Below, piece after piece: positions 41,900 to 57,771 of a stretch of 64,000 nt of DNA. The stretch is from the human T2T-CHM13v2.0 reference genome, Homo sapiens. Numbering within the stretch: the stretch's first letter is position 1; every line of letters begins with the position of its first letter. Below the pieces are notes generated by a model. That model had not been told where the DNA came from. It was given only the letters and a program-made list of their open reading frames with translations, and made no database searches. The translations under genes and the position numbers were made by a program. The stretch lies in NCBI RefSeq assembly GCF_009914755.1, contig NC_060944.1, one strand, 5' to 3'.

Positions 41900-42670
41900 T
41901 TTAAGAAAATCTCTTTAAGGAGTAGGAACTTGAAACCAGTTCTGCAGAAACCTGGGGGTAGAACATTCCAAACAGAGTAAAATTGAAGAACAAAGACTCA
42001 GAGGCAGGCTCAATCTTGGCAATAGGCTCAACAATCAGACAAAAATAGCAGAATAATGAGGGGATACAGAGTGATAGGAGATGAAATGGGAGAGGGGTTC
42101 AGATTACATGAATTTTATAGGACTTGGTGATTTAGATTTTATTCCAGTATGTTGAGAATCCACAGATCATTTTAAGCAAAAAAAAAAAAAAAAAGGGGCA
42201 TGATCTTATTTATATTTTAAAATCAGTTGGGTATCTCTGTATAATATGGATTTTTATGGGGCAAGAAGGAAGGGAGTTGTTACAGGTACTTGAGAGGAAA
42301 GATGATGTTTGCTTGACTAGGTCGGTAGCAATAGAGGTGGGAAAAAGCAAGCAGATGAGACTCACTTTTGGATCTTTAGTTCACTTAAAGTGTTGATACA
42401 TTGGAGCATAAAAGATAAATATTTTACTTTTCATCCCTAAAAGGCAGAAAAATATAGGGGCAAAAAATGGAAAGTTGGAAGTTTAGGAAATGTGGTTTTT
42501 GACTTGACCTTTAACTCTTGCAACTGTGTATGATCTTAGGGCGATCATGCAGCTGTTTTGGCTGCGGCTTTTTCATTTCTGAAATGGCATTAACAATAAC
42601 ATTCCTGTAGCTGAGGTGTTAAAGATTAAAACTATAGAGGTAAAGCAGTCTTGAAAATTTCAATTTAATA
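41900..42670. mobile_element. L2 fragments followed by a MIR
   Basis: Degenerate L2-like purine-rich motifs; MIR core at ~42480-42660. Confidence 0.5.
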
Positions 42671-43171
42671 CCTAAATTTAAGGTATTATAGGGATGCCCT
42701 AAGTTGCTTTTAAAAAATACTATGTTATTACATGCTACTCTTTGATAACCTTTTATTTATGATAATTAATGTAATTAGTGTGCTAATTTTCTACAGTTGC
42801 ACCCTGGGGCAATCGTGCAACAGTTGTAATTTTAAAAGTTGGGCAAATAAGTAAATGTCAATCTGTAATAAAATCCAAATGAGTCTGTGATGAATGTTGA
42901 TGGTGACAGGTAATTTACCTGATAAAATATTGTAACTGCCCAGTTACCTTGGAATAGCTGATTTTTCAAAGTAATTACCATGTTCTGCATAGTGAAGTGT
43001 CATTAGAGACAATTTTAACACACAGTGATCATTTTTAATTTGGTGATTTAAATATCATATTGATTAATGAAATAGTTGTATTTTACTTCAGACTGTTGAG
43101 TTCAAAAGAGAGAGAGACGTTTATCACATACTATAGAGTGCACTGTTGTGTAATAATCTCTCATTTCTTAC

Positions 43172-43517
43172 CTGTTTTTAACTACCGTTTAAAAAATATC
43201 ATTCCTTCTAATAAAGATAAAATCTTATGGGATTAAAAGTTAAAAAACAATTGGACCCAGTCTCCTACCTAGAACTTTATTGCTGTTAAGTCTAGGACAT
43301 CTTTAAGAAGCCATCTTTACCTTATTGTTTTCTGAGAGTCGTATGTTATGATTTCATTAGATCTGCAAACAAACAACAGAGGCATACTACTGGAATGGTA
43401 TTCTAACTTTTGACATGATATTGTTCATCAAATTGCTAACTTTTGGTTAACTGTGTGTTTCTTTGTTTGCTTTGCTTTCCAAGAATATGTTTCATAGATA
43501 CTATTAGTTCAAGAAAG
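43172..43517 (-). pseudogene. Candidate exon cluster of an unidentified gene remnant (42-nt and 36-nt exons plus an upstream acceptor)
   Basis: tttgcag|43362-43321|gtaaag; tttattag|43207-43172|gtaaga; ttttttttcttttccccag acceptor at 43518; the joined frame has one in-frame TAA. Confidence 0.4.
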
Positions 43518-43984
43518 CTGGGGAAAAGAAAAAAAAATAAAGGTTAAGATCCTGACTAGAGAATGAATTAGAGAAAGTCAAAGTAATTGCCTGGAAAAGA
43601 CATGTGGGAGGTTGGGTCAAGTTTAAAGTTTCAGAAGTAGACTTCGAGATAAGCATTTTTCTGGATATTTGGAATTATCTCCTAAAGATATTATTCTTTG
43701 AAATACGACCAAAAACATACAGCCAAAGATCAATTTTGTTTTGGCAAATCCAGTCCAAGAAAATAAGTTACGTAAGGCTCAGAAGCGCTTTGTCCTAGTT
43801 CTTTCTCAGGCTTTTTAATCATTAATCACAACTCTGTACCAATTATTGGTAAGTAATATATATAGATTATCAGAGACTGCAGTTTCTGCCAGTGTGTCTG
43901 AATTAACCCTTTCAGTGTTTTGTGAACTTCAGTTGTAAAATATTAGCAGAATATAAAATAATGTTAAATTTTTAAAATTTTAAA

Positions 43985-45360
43985 GTAGGGAAACATTTGA
44001 GCAAACACTTCACCAAAGAAGATATGCAAATGGCCAGTAAGCATAAGAAATGACCAACATTATTATTCACTAGAAAAATGTAAATTAAATTCACAATGAG
44101 ATGCCCCTACACATATAACTAAATTGGCTAAAATTTAAAAATTATAGACAACTGAAAGTATCAAGTGATAGTGAGGATGTGGACCACAAAACTCTCAATT
44201 TGCTAGCGGGGATGCAAAATGATACAGCAACTTTGGAAAACAGTTTGGAAGTTTCTTATCATTTTAAATATTCTCTTACATACAACCCAGAAAGTCCTCT
44301 CTTAAAAATTTACCCCCAAAAAAGGGAACAAGGGAAGTTCATGTAAATCACTATATGCAAATTATTCACAATACCTTAAACCTAGAAACAACTCAAATGT
44401 ACATCAATCAGCTAGTGATAAACAAAGTTTTCTATATAGAGATAGTAGGTTAATATTAGCAATTTAAAAAGAAGAAACTTAAAATCCATGAAAGAACATA
44501 ATTTTGCAAAAGACATGAAAGGCAATACACTGTTTCATTCCATTTATATGATATTCTGGTAAAGGCAAAAGTATAGAGACAAATCAGATTAGTGGTTGCC
44601 AGGGTATATAAGTAGGGGTTGGAGACTTAATACAAAGGAAATTGAGGGAATTTATGGGGGTGATGGGAGTATTCTGTATATTGATTGCAGTGGTAGTTAT
44701 ATGATTATATACATTAATCAAAAATCATCAAACTGTATATCTAAGAAGGGTAAATTCTAATGAATATAATTTATCCATAATCATCAAACTGGATGTCTAA
44801 GAAGAGTAAATTCTAATGAATGTAAATTATACATCAACACGTGATTTTTTTTAAATTTATTTAAGGATATTATGAACAAATTTTGACAACAATTTGAAAA
44901 TTTAGAAAAAAATGAACAAATTCTAAGAAAAATACTACTTACTAAAGCAGACACTGGAAAAAAACAAAATATGAGTAATCTGATTTACATTAATGAAATT
45001 AAATATTTAACATATTCAATTTTGGAATAGTCCATGCCAGGATTTGCCTGCAAATTCTTCTAAAGATTTAATAATGGAATAGTAATTCTTTTATAACACT
45101 TAGAGTTCTGTAACACTTAGTTTCTGTAATTGCAGAAACCCTTTCCAACACATTTTATGATGGCCACATTATCTTGATAAGAAATCTTACAGGGCAGTAC
45201 ATGAAAGAAAAACACAATCCAGGCTTCGTATACAAATTGAAGTAAAAATCTTATGTAAATACTTTTTAAACAAATTCAGTAGAATATTTTAAAAGTTTAA
45301 TGTAGACTAACAAACTTCCTTTAATTCCAGAAATGTAAGGATGTTTTAACGTTAAAAAAT
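43985..45360 (+). mobile_element. Old L1M fragments (L1MC/MD 3' region and ORF2 remnants)
   Basis: acacttcaccaaagaagatatgcaaatggcc...ggtaaaggcaaaagtatagagacaaatcagattagtggttgccagg. Confidence 0.7.
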
Positions 45361-45452
45361 CAATGAGTAAACTTTTTTGATTTTGATAATTATACTTTGG
45401 TTATAGGGAGATGTCCTTTTTTTAGAAAGTCAAATTGATTCATTTGGGGGTA

Positions 45453-45796
45453 TGTATTAGTCCGTTTTCATGCTGCTGATAAAGATAAACCCAAGACTGG
45501 GCAATTTACAAAAGAAAAGAAGTTTAATAGACTCACAGTTTCATGTGGCTAGGGAAGCCTCACAATCACGGCAGAAGGTGAAAGCCGTGTCTCGCATGGT
45601 GGCAGACAAGAGAAGAGAGCTTGTGCAGGGAAATTCCCCTGTATAAAATCATCAGATCTTTTGAGACTTCTTTGCTATCATGAGAATAGCATGGGAAGGA
45701 CGTGCCCCCATGATTCAATTACCTCTTACTGGGTCCCTCCCACACATGTGGGAATTCAAGATGAGATTTGGGTGGGGACACAGCAAAACCCTAACA
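45453..45796 (-). mobile_element. THE1B/C solo LTR (MaLR)
   Basis: tgtattagtccgttttcatgctgctgataaaga...ggggacacagcaaaaccctaaca; 5-bp TSD GGGTA at 45448 and 45797. Confidence 0.92.
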
Positions 45797-46059
45797 GGGT
45801 AGAAGGGCAAATTTGACATATTAGTCTTAAATAATTAAAAAAAGAGAAGAATGAGAGAGGAGGAAAAATCATAAATAAATGGAGCAAAACATAAACAACT
45901 GGTGAATCTGAAAATCTCAGTAAAATACTATGTGGTTTCTTGTACTTTTCTTGCAACTTTCGTGTTTGAAAGGTTATCCTCCTTCTGCTCAAATTTGCCC
46001 AAAATATTTAAAAGTCTATTAGTGCAATGTACTACTGAATAAAAAGAAAAATCAGATGA

Positions 46060-48560
46060 TTGTCTAAAATCTCTGATAATAGTATGTTTTAGAATTGAAA
46101 ACCTCAGCAAACTGTAGCATTTTAATTGATAAACATAATCTTCAAAAAAAGAAAAAATCTGCAGCAAAATCCTTCATAATGTGAAATGTTAAACATTTTG
46201 TCTGTAAGATAAAATATGAGGCTAGATTACTTATTATCATTACCCCATCCCACTTTATTCTAATCCATTCATAGCCAGTGCAAGATGGCAAGGAGTAAAG
46301 ACTAAAGACCAGAAAGGTAAAATGCCACTCCTATTTTCACACTATACATTTGTGTTTATGAAATGTCCAAGATAATTTTCTACTTGATTATTAGAATTAA
46401 TATCACAGTTTTTTGTGGTTTCTGATATAAGATCAATATTTTAAAAAGTGTATTTCTTTACACAATAAATAGAAGATTAAAGATAAAAAAGATACCCCTT
46501 TGAACAGCATCAAAACATCAAATACTTGAGATAAATTTAATTAAATATATGCAAAATCTCTGCAGAACTATATAACTTTATTGGGTAACATTGAATGAAA
46601 CCTAAATAAATCAAGAGATAGAATGTGTTCATAAATTGAAAACTTAAATTTATAAAGATGTTCATTTTCCTAAATTCATCTGTTGACTACAATATCAATC
46701 ATAGTTCCAAGAGGCTTCTTTATCTTCAAAAATTGACATGTGAATTCTAGAATGTAGATGACAATGCAAAAAGCTAAGAACAGCTAACATCTCAAAAAAG
46801 AACAAAGTACTTACAGTCCCAGATATCAAGGCTATAATATAAACCATAGTAATGAAGAAAGGTAAATATCACAAGCATAGGTAGACCAATATAACAGTAT
46901 AGAATCTTGTATCAGTATGGAAAAAGAAATCTAGACTTTTACCTCACTTCATTCACCATTTCATTCATGTAGCTCTAAATAGGAATGGAAAAGCAATAAT
47001 TTTATAAGATAATAAAGAATATCTTCAGGGCCTGGAAAGGCAAAGGTTTCTTAAGCAGGATATGAAAAACATTAATGATTTCAACTGTATTAAAATTAAA
47101 AAGTGTTTTCTTCTCTAAAAAGGCACCAATAAGAGAGCAAAAGCAAATGAAACTAGATTATTTGTGGTTTATATAATTGACAAATGGCTTATATGCAGAA
47201 TACATAAAAATTCAAACAATAAGAAGAGAGTCCACCCAATAAGAATATGGGCGATATTTTGAAAAAGCAGTTTACAAAAGAGATTATACAAATATCTAAT
47301 AAATGTTTTAAAAGACATCCAACCTCACTTGTCCTTAAATAATAATTAAGTCCATCGGGAGAAATACTATACATTCACCAGAAAAGTTAAAAGATAGAAA
47401 ATAATTTAAAGTGTTGATGTGGTTTTGAAGCAACCGGAAATCTCTTATGCTATCAGGATGAATTTCGAACAACCACTTTGGAAACAAGTTTCATATTATC
47501 TACAACATTTGAACACATGCGTCCTGTATGATCCAAGAATTTCATTTCTGGGTATGCATTCAACAGAATTGTATGCACATATGCAGTAATAGAAACTTAT
47601 AACAATGTTCACAAATGGATTATTTAGCCACAGAAGGAAAGCAAAGTCTAGCAAGACAGGAAAGAATAAATAGTGGTGTATGAATAGATTGTACTACTTT
47701 ACATCTATCAAAATGAATATGATAAAGATACACACAATAACATCTGTGAATCTTGATCATAATTTTGAACAAGAGGAACAAATACAAACACATTCTGTAT
47801 TAGTCTATTTATAGGGGGTAAATTATTCTTTGCCATTTAACATCAGGAGAGTGGTTACACTTTGGGAGAAGGGAGAGGGAAATAATGTGGTTGGGGCATG
47901 AGGAGCCTCCTATGTGTCCCTTGAGTGTTTCTTGACCCAGGTTGATAGTTTCATGGGTGTGTTCGCTCTGAACTAATTCCTTGAGCTATACAATTATGAT
48001 TTGCACAATTCAATTATATTATATTTCAGTGGAAGCTTATGAAAGAGAAACATTGCTGCTAAAATGCATTAAGTGAAGGCTTATGGGGAAGTAGACCTTC
48101 ATAGCATACCATACTTGCAAAAGGGGCAATCTAACTGAAGGATGACATCAGTATCAGATATCAGATATCATACAAACCAATGATCACTTTTACTGTCTCA
48201 ACTGTGGGTCGACCTGACATTACAAATTTTCTGATGTAGTACAACATCAGGTACAAAATTTCACCTGTGATTTATTCTAGTCAAGCGTGTTTAGCTGGCA
48301 GCCATTAAGGCATTAGGTGTAAATTTAGACACAGAAAGCAATCAAGCAAAGCCTCAAGGTATGCCGTTTTGTAGGTCAATTGGCCTCTTTCCTTCAACAA
48401 GTCAGTACCATTTAAAAAGGGGGGTAATTCTGGATTCAAAAAAAAAATTAAGGGGTGGACAATTAGATATAATGTGCAGGACTGCACTGAGACTGGTTTA
48501 AAGAAATCAGCCCTAAAGAAAAATGTTTAATTAATTAAAGACATCTAAATACAGCATGGA
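46060..48560 (+). mobile_element. Highly decayed L1ME-like ORF2/3' fragments
   Basis: A-rich L1M motifs, e.g. cagtcccagatatcaaggctataatataaaccatagtaat, aacaaccactttggaaac. Confidence 0.6.
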
Positions 48561-49709
48561 CATTATATATAATGAAAATGCATGAAAATAAAAATATGAA
48601 AATTATTGACTGAAAAAGAGGTTACAAAGTGTATATCTGATGAAAAATAATATGTAAGGCTAGAGGCAAAGGTACTAACAATGGTGCTTTCTTGTTTATA
48701 GGACTATGTCAACACATTTTGCTCCTCTGCATTTAAAAACTTTTCTCTGATGTACATATACTGTTTCTGTAATAATAAAATTATGTTTAAATGATTCAAC
48801 ATTTCTGAATAGCAAATTACTATATATGTATACTTTAAAATAGACAATTTATAGGGCTATACCCAACTTGTGGCTGTGCACTGTCCAGTTACTATACATG
48901 TACTTCTTACCCTCCTTTTAATATCTAATTATAAACTTCTGAACTCACTGAGGGCTATTAGCACAGCTACAATTGTTTTTGCTTCTTCTAAGTTTGATAT
49001 TTGTATGGTATTTTTAAAATTATATATTATGAACTTTTTGTATATATTTGAGTATTTTGATATTTTACCTATAAAAAAGTACAATGTTTACTGAACAAAA
49101 TAACAGAATAATTATTTTTTAAAATGTAGAAATTAACAATTGCAGGCAATATCACTTCCCAGAAATAATTACCAGTTTTATTACATTGTCATCATGGACT
49201 AAATTATACACTATTTTTACTTTTTGGAATATGCTAAGGTTTTCATTGAGGCCCAATACTTAGTTCACTTTGACTATTATTCCATGAGTATTTGAATAAA
49301 TATACACATATTAGTTATCCTCCATTAATTGCTTATGTCCTCCTAAATCTCACTTATGTTTTTTCACTTGATCTTTCATCAGCTGAAAAAATAGTATTAT
49401 AAATTGTATTTTAAAAAATGCTTCTGAAGTTTTTGCTTTCTGAATTTTGCATACATATTTAATAAATATTTATGACAGTTACTTATTTATAGTGACCTTT
49501 TTATTGATACAAAGTGCCTTTGTCCTCCTTCATATTTTTTACCAACCATGAATAAAACCTATTTGTTCTAAATATTGTGATCTTTGCTTTTTTTTTTAAT
49601 TTCTATTTGCCTGTAATTCTTTTGCCCAAAGCTTCACTTTCAAGCTTTTGAGTTAATTTTTATTAGAGTTGTTGCTTGTATGCAATAAATCATTGGCTTT
49701 GTTACTGAA

Positions 49710-52700
49710 TGTAATCCTGGAAGGAATCATGATTCCTCTCAGAGTTTCCACTGTCAAGAACCTAAAGAGTCTGTTTATGGAGATGTAGCTAGGGTTAAAA
49801 AAAATAAGAGAGAAAGAGAGATGCAGAGGAACAAAGACACCAACCACAGGAAGCCATAAAAGGACAAGAGAAATGATAGCATTACCAGAGCTAAGTGAGT
49901 TCTGGAGCTGCAAGGAAAGGTTGCATAGCACGAGTTCTAGTTATGGAGAGATTCAGCCCCTGGCAGAAGCACAGAACCAAAGCAGAGGGAATCGGGGAAT
50001 AAATAACCCATTCTCCTCTCCACCTAACTTGAACCCTAGAGGAGCCTCCCACTGAGTGCCTTCTGCTGAAATTCAGGCAACAAAGGAATCTGAATGATGT
50101 TGACTGCATGGCTCTGCATCCATGAGCACAGAGCAAGTTAGACAAGGGAAGAAAATAAATCCATGAAGTCAATAAAAACTTACCAGAACATTACTCCGAC
50201 TTCTCATTCATTGTTGCCTCTTGCTTAGATTAAGAAAATTGGATCTCCAGTACAGGGAAACCACAGTTCTAGCATAATTTAAATTGTGGCAGGGTGTCAG
50301 CAATTCAGTCTTATTCCCAACTGGATTATAAATGTTAATGTCACCCACTATCGGTACTCTTTATATGAGCTAGCAAGGAGAGTGAGGGGAAAGAAATATT
50401 CAGTTAACATAAATATGTAAATTAGCTACTACTGTTTTCACTTTTGGTCATGAGCCTAAATTTTATCATCATAATTTCCTTTTTCTATTATCCATTCCAT
50501 TTTCAAGCAAATTTTACTACTTCCATAGTACAGGAATTATTGTCTCATGAGATGACCCAAATCTTCATTTCATAGGATCAAAGTCCCTAGTGATACTGTC
50601 TTTATTTGGTGGCTCTTTATGGGACATATAAGTGCTAAAAGGCTCCACAGCAGATCTCCTGGATTCCAACTAGGCCTATTTGCCTAATTTTCCTGTGTTA
50701 GTCAGAATTAATCAATCCATTCAGTATAGTTAAACTCTTTATTGCCAGTTAGGTCAATGGCATTAGGAGCTAAAAATAGCAAGAGTGCAATTTCAGGTCC
50801 AAATTTAATGGAAACATAGCTATATTTCTTGAAAGAAATGTTCCTTCCTTGGAAAAGAGAACCTAAAACGCTACTAAATACAAGTTTCCAGGAAGGGAAA
50901 TAAAATTCTGTAAATAGAATATTAGGTAAAATAATTCTACTTCTAAGTTCCTTATCCTACATATTCTGGCTTTTGGAAATATGGCTTATGTATTGGCTAA
51001 CAGTTTAATCTGTTAGGCCAGCACCACAATTTCAAACAATATTGTGTCACACCTGGCATTGAAACTGAGCCTTTAGGGACCCGTTCCATCATTCTATCAG
51101 GCCAGCTGCTTACTGGTGATGGGACATGTGGGGAAACATGAATTTCATGGGCATGGATCTTTTGTAACAATTGTTTTGCTATAAAATGAGTTTCCTTGTC
51201 AAAGGCAATGTAGTATGGGATGTTATGGCAATGAATAAGGCATTCTATAAGGTGACATATGGTGACACTGGTAGAAGCATTGATGGCAGAGAAGAGAAAC
51301 CCATTTCTAGAATGTGTATTTGGTTTTATGTGGACAAATGATTGCTTACTCCACAATATAAAGGATTCAATGTAATCACCCTGGCACCAGGTGCCTGGTC
51401 GGTGTCCCTATGAAATGGTGCCATATCAGGAACACATTGGCCCTTGGTATTGACAAGTTGGACACTCAGTGATAGTAGACAGATCAGGGTTGCTAAAGGG
51501 TAGTCCATTGTGTTGAGTTCATGCATATTTACCATCCCTGCAACTATGATTACTTTTTGCATGGTTCCACTAAGTAAGCACCAGTATCACTGGGAGAAAG
51601 CTTGATAGACATCCACGGGAAAGATTAGACACCTAATCTACCTGATTGTTGAGCACCTTCTCTTTAGGGGATTCCCCTGGTGAATATGAATGAGAGTTGA
51701 GGAAAATTTGATAACTAAGCAAGAATAGCTAATAAAGGTCTGAACCACCTGCTCATTCAATATACTTGTGACTCCCTTTCCTGTTCAGCCTTAATGTCAC
51801 CCATATCAATTCCATTTTATAATAACCTGCTAATTTTCAAGCACAATTTTAAGATTTGATAACTTGGATAGCACCCAGTTGATTGTGAACCCTTCAAATC
51901 ACATAGTTACATGGTGACAAGCCAGACTTCTTAAATAGATAAAAATATTTGGCAGAAGGGGACATAGTTTTGTTCCAAAATTATTAGTTAGGTGAACTAT
52001 GATTGTCTTCTTGGGGTTACTTAGAAGCGTCAAACAGCATTACTCTAAGCCAGATACTTAGATCTACTGAGTCAAAATACCCACGCAGCAGAGGAGCCTA
52101 CAGCACAGACTGAACCTGCTGCAAAGAGCTCTTTTTTCTAAATGGGTAGACTTGTGAGTTAGCCTGTAATAGGTTTGAATACACACAACTGTAGTCATGT
52201 TACTTCCAAAATCCAGAGAAGCCTCTCAGTCACTCTGCTCTTTCTGTGTGGTAGGCAGTACAAGGTATAGCTACCTGTTATTCCCTAAGAAAGAGATATT
52301 CTTACATACCCCATTTTGTAATAGCTTCTACATTAATTAGGACCCTTGTATAAAACAGAAATCTGCTTCAGGCTTGGTATGGTGGCTCACACCTCTAATC
52401 CCAGCATTTTGGGAGGCCAAGGTGGGAGATCACATGAGCCTGGGAGTTCAAGACCATCCTGGGCAACATAGGGAGACCCCACCACTATTATTAAAAAAGG
52501 AAGAAAGAAAAGAAAAAGAAATCTGCTTCAATGGTCCACAATAGAGACTTTGGTGAATGGACTACTTACCTCAGTTAGAGCAGGATTTAAAACCCCAGCA
52601 AAGGTTGCTGTAATACTCAGACAACCAGGAACAATGAAACGCTGTTACCATCCCTAGACCTGAAGGGACAAAGTATATAATTTGCATTATTGAAGCCTAG

Positions 52701-52972
52701 AAAGATCTGGTGCTGTGGAGAAGAGTTATCTGGTAGAAACTACATTCATGCAGAATTAGGAAGAAAGCAGGGTATAGATATCAGGATTTCTCTCTCTCTC
52801 TTTCTGCCATCTGACCCACTGCCAGTGCCTTACATTAATCCAATTCAACTAGGAGCTAGCTGGCAGAGGAACCTGAATGATAAAGTCTTGGGAGTTCGCC
52901 TCCTGGAGCACAGAACAGAGAACTGAAAGTCAGATAAACGATTTGGGTGGAGCTAACAGAATTATCAACACA
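49710..52972 (-). mobile_element. Degenerate ERVL-class provirus remnant: LTR-like ends (~49710-50190, ~52520-52972) and pol/integrase remnants
   Basis: ORF 50997..51356- reads NASTSVTICHLIECLIHCHNIPYYIAFDKETHF, matching the ERV-L integrase core (NASAKTTI.GLTECLIH.HGIPHSIASDQGTHF). Confidence 0.7.
52371..52520 (+). mobile_element. Alu left monomer (FLAM-like)
   Basis: ggcttggtatggtggctcacacc...gggagacccc plus A-rich tail; agaaatctgcttca flanks both sides. Confidence 0.8.
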
Positions 52973-53018
52973 TTTTTTCTTGTCCAATATAAGTCTTTTG
53001 CTTTAATTATTAATTTTA

Positions 53019-54305
<1,287 letters not shown>

Positions 54306-57054
54306 AAGATTTTGTATGTTTGTGTACATGTATCAGTTATGATGATACACAGCAGAAAAAATATTTTAAAATCTGCAAATATATATAAAGTAGAGACGCA
54401 CCAAATAAATATTTGGCTGAACACTGAAAGGCTGAGTATCAATGTCATTATTCACCTGAAGCTGAATATTACTATTGTAAAATGAATCCAAAGTTTTATG
54501 AAATTCAATTTTGATTGCAATATTTGTTAGTGAAATTTCAGTAGTCAAAAATTTAAAGCTTGACGTTATTCAAGGACAGTAATTTCTTGGCATTGTCAGC
54601 TGCAAGATTGTTCCTGTGATCATCATAGCACGGGCAGATGCTAATTTGTCTACCTTCCTATATCATACATAGGGGGAAGCTCCCACCAAATTATTACGCT
54701 GTCTTTCTCTATAATATTAAAAAATAAAGTATATATATGAAGATTGTGGGTCCTGAAAATGTAGTTGATGGTGACTATGCAGCTTCATTGAAGCAATACC
54801 CCAGCAACTGCAGCTTTGCACACTGACTATTTTTAGAAGCAGAATTAGAATTGATGCCTTGAAATACATATTTTTATGTTTCTATTTTCCTGCACTTGTT
54901 CCATAATCACTTGAGAATATTTCTCTATAAACCTTAACTTTTAAATGTGGCAATGGAAAAGTGAAAATAGCTTTTAAGATAAAGCAATTGTCTCTGAATT
55001 TTCAGCTGCATCTAAACTTTCATGATGAAGCTAATTTCAGTACGTTCTCCAGTTTAGGATGACAGGAAGAGCTTTACCACAGGTATCTTATAAGAAATAT
55101 GTGCACTCTAATGGCATATTGTATGGTGATTTCCTCAACAAATTATAGCAAACAAACTAATTTATCTCTAAGCAACCACTGGATCTTAATAAGTCCTGAG
55201 ATGAAAGCTGTGCTATTAAGGTTTGTTCAAGCAGCTACTTTAATATGTGACCACTGCCAATTTACCTTGTGTAGGTTCATAACAAAGCAGTTCCAAAGTT
55301 GTATGCCTGTCATGTAGTATATCTTTAGCTGAAGATTTTAAGATTTCACCAAGGTTAATTAACCCTTGAAAGTAAATACTCAGATATTAAAAATAAATCT
55401 AAAGGATCATGAGGTCATTGATACCATATAAGCTTAGAGATGCCAGAAATGTGAGTGGATTAGATCAGTTTTCTAATCTGAACTCCCAAAATATGACGCA
55501 AAACTAAAGGTGAATGGAGAATTGGGCTAATCCAGAGGGTAAACATGCACACACGTGAGTGCAAGTGTGTGCTTGCATGAGATATGTACCCTCTGCGGCC
55601 CTAAGAAAGTAGTGGCAGAGATAGGCTTCTCAGGGACACCTGGGCACTGCTCCTGCCTTTACACATTTGTCAGGTATATGGGCTCATGGGCTCATACTCT
55701 TTATCAGAGAAAGATTACTGGTTTCTGATATAAACAACAAAAGATCAGGTGATATATTATTGAAAGTTCACTGCCTATTATAATCTGAGTAATATAAAAT
55801 AATAATGGCATATGGATGGTCTGATGGCAATATTAGTTTCTTCTAATAGGTAGGAAAGGAGGTGTCTTTCTCCTTTTGTGAATTTGGGCCTTTGTTGTAA
55901 ATCGGGAGTTGACATATTTCTGGAACATAAGGGAAAACCACATCCAACCAGAATCTAACCTTTTAATCCATCCAAGAGTTTACTTAATTCACCCAATTAA
56001 AATATGGATTCTCTACAATACTTATTCATAATCTCTTTAGTCCATATTTTCTCCATTATGTCCAACTCCCACCATTCAGCTGTTGATTTATGGTGAGAGC
56101 TGTTTTTAATATTGTAGAATTAATTACTTAAAATATTTACTCCCTAACTCTACAGACTCATAAAATTCATGTCCACCTCTGCATTCTAGTGATCAGAAAA
56201 AATATGGGGCATATTTCCAAATATAACTCCTTCACTGTCTTTTTTCAAAGGACATAACAGAGTGACAGAATTGAAGGAAGAGGGCAGATAATTTAAAAAC
56301 ATTATATAGGGGGCCACGTCTTGAAAAGGAAGTCTAATATCCTACAGGAAGGCTCTGGCCCTAGGTTTTCATCTGTAAATCATAGTTATCTAACTCTTCT
56401 AGTTACTAGAGGGAAAATTTTCTTTATTCATCTTGCTGTGTTGTTCATCTTGGAAAGGGAAAGTAAAAGCTTTGTAATAACACCTAAGATTATAATAACC
56501 TCACAGATTAGTATGATCATACAGGACAGTATGTTTCATAGTTTTACATTTCTTAAAATCTTGTCCACAAACAGAAAATATTTGATGTAAACAGTAGAAA
56601 CCAATCTAAGAAGAAGAGCAAAGAAAAGCAACTAAAGATGCTTACCTTGAAAGAAAGAGGACTTAAGGCAACATTAGTTGTTTTCAAATATCTGAGGGCT
56701 TGCCAATGAATGACCAAGGGGAAAAATTGTATACAGCCATTAAGGGTGGAGAAAGAAATGGTGGATACAAGTTTTAGGATGGCATATGTAAACTACTCTA
56801 AGGAATTAATAATTACTAGCATATATGGATTGCTTTAAGGGATGGGGGACACAAACAGCAGGGTCAAAACAAAGTCTTATGGTCAGGAATACCGTAGAGA
56901 AAATATGACCATTGAATGGGGAGTTAGACTAATTAAGCTGTATAGACCTTTTCAATTGTGATTAAAATTGTGTGAGTTATATGAAATTGTATGAGATAGT
57001 ACTCATATTTAAGGATTATTTTATTATTTTCCTATTTGTCAGGCTAACAAGAGT

Positions 57055-57310
57055 GAAGGCAATGCATGATAAATGTGGTATAGTGATGATTAGTAGATTT
57101 AGAGTTGCAAACACGGAGCTTGAACTCAGAATTCAGTTCTATCACTGACATTAGTAAACTAGAATAAATAACTTATATGAGACTCAATTCATTTATTAAA
57201 CATAATGATAATTATACTATATACCTCACAAGGTTATTATGTGAGTTAAATTAGGTAGCATGTATTCAGTACAATGAACTCTTAGAAATGGCCTAATATG
57301 TGCACTTGTA
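57055..57310. mobile_element. MIR
   Basis: gtggtatagtga...ataattatactatatacctcacaaggttattatgtgagttaaattagg. Confidence 0.6.
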
Positions 57311-57771
57311 ACTGTGACAAGCTGAGTCACAAAGAGAGGAAGTGGCAGTTGCAGCCTAAAATTTTGCTGGGTTTTTATGACACATACAGAGATAACTAAA
57401 ATTCAACAGGGTAAATGTTATAACAGAGGTGAATTTAAAAGTATCTTATGAACAAATGAAGTTGAGAAAGGTTGATTTTGGAGATGAATTAGAAAAACAT
57501 GCAAAAAAGAAGTGCCATAAATCTTGCAAGACAAACAGTATTTAGGAAGTATGTAAAAATATACCAGAAATAGTCAGCATGAGCAAATGCATAGATATTG
57601 AATAACAATCTGCCTAAGCTCTCTCTCTGAAAAATAAAATAAAATAAAATGTAAGCCCTTCATGGGGAACAACAAATAGTAAAAGCTGACTTGACTATGT
57701 ATTTGAACACACCTGGTATGGTACATGGAAGGTAGCAGGTACACAATATGTGCTTTTCAAAAAACAGAGTG

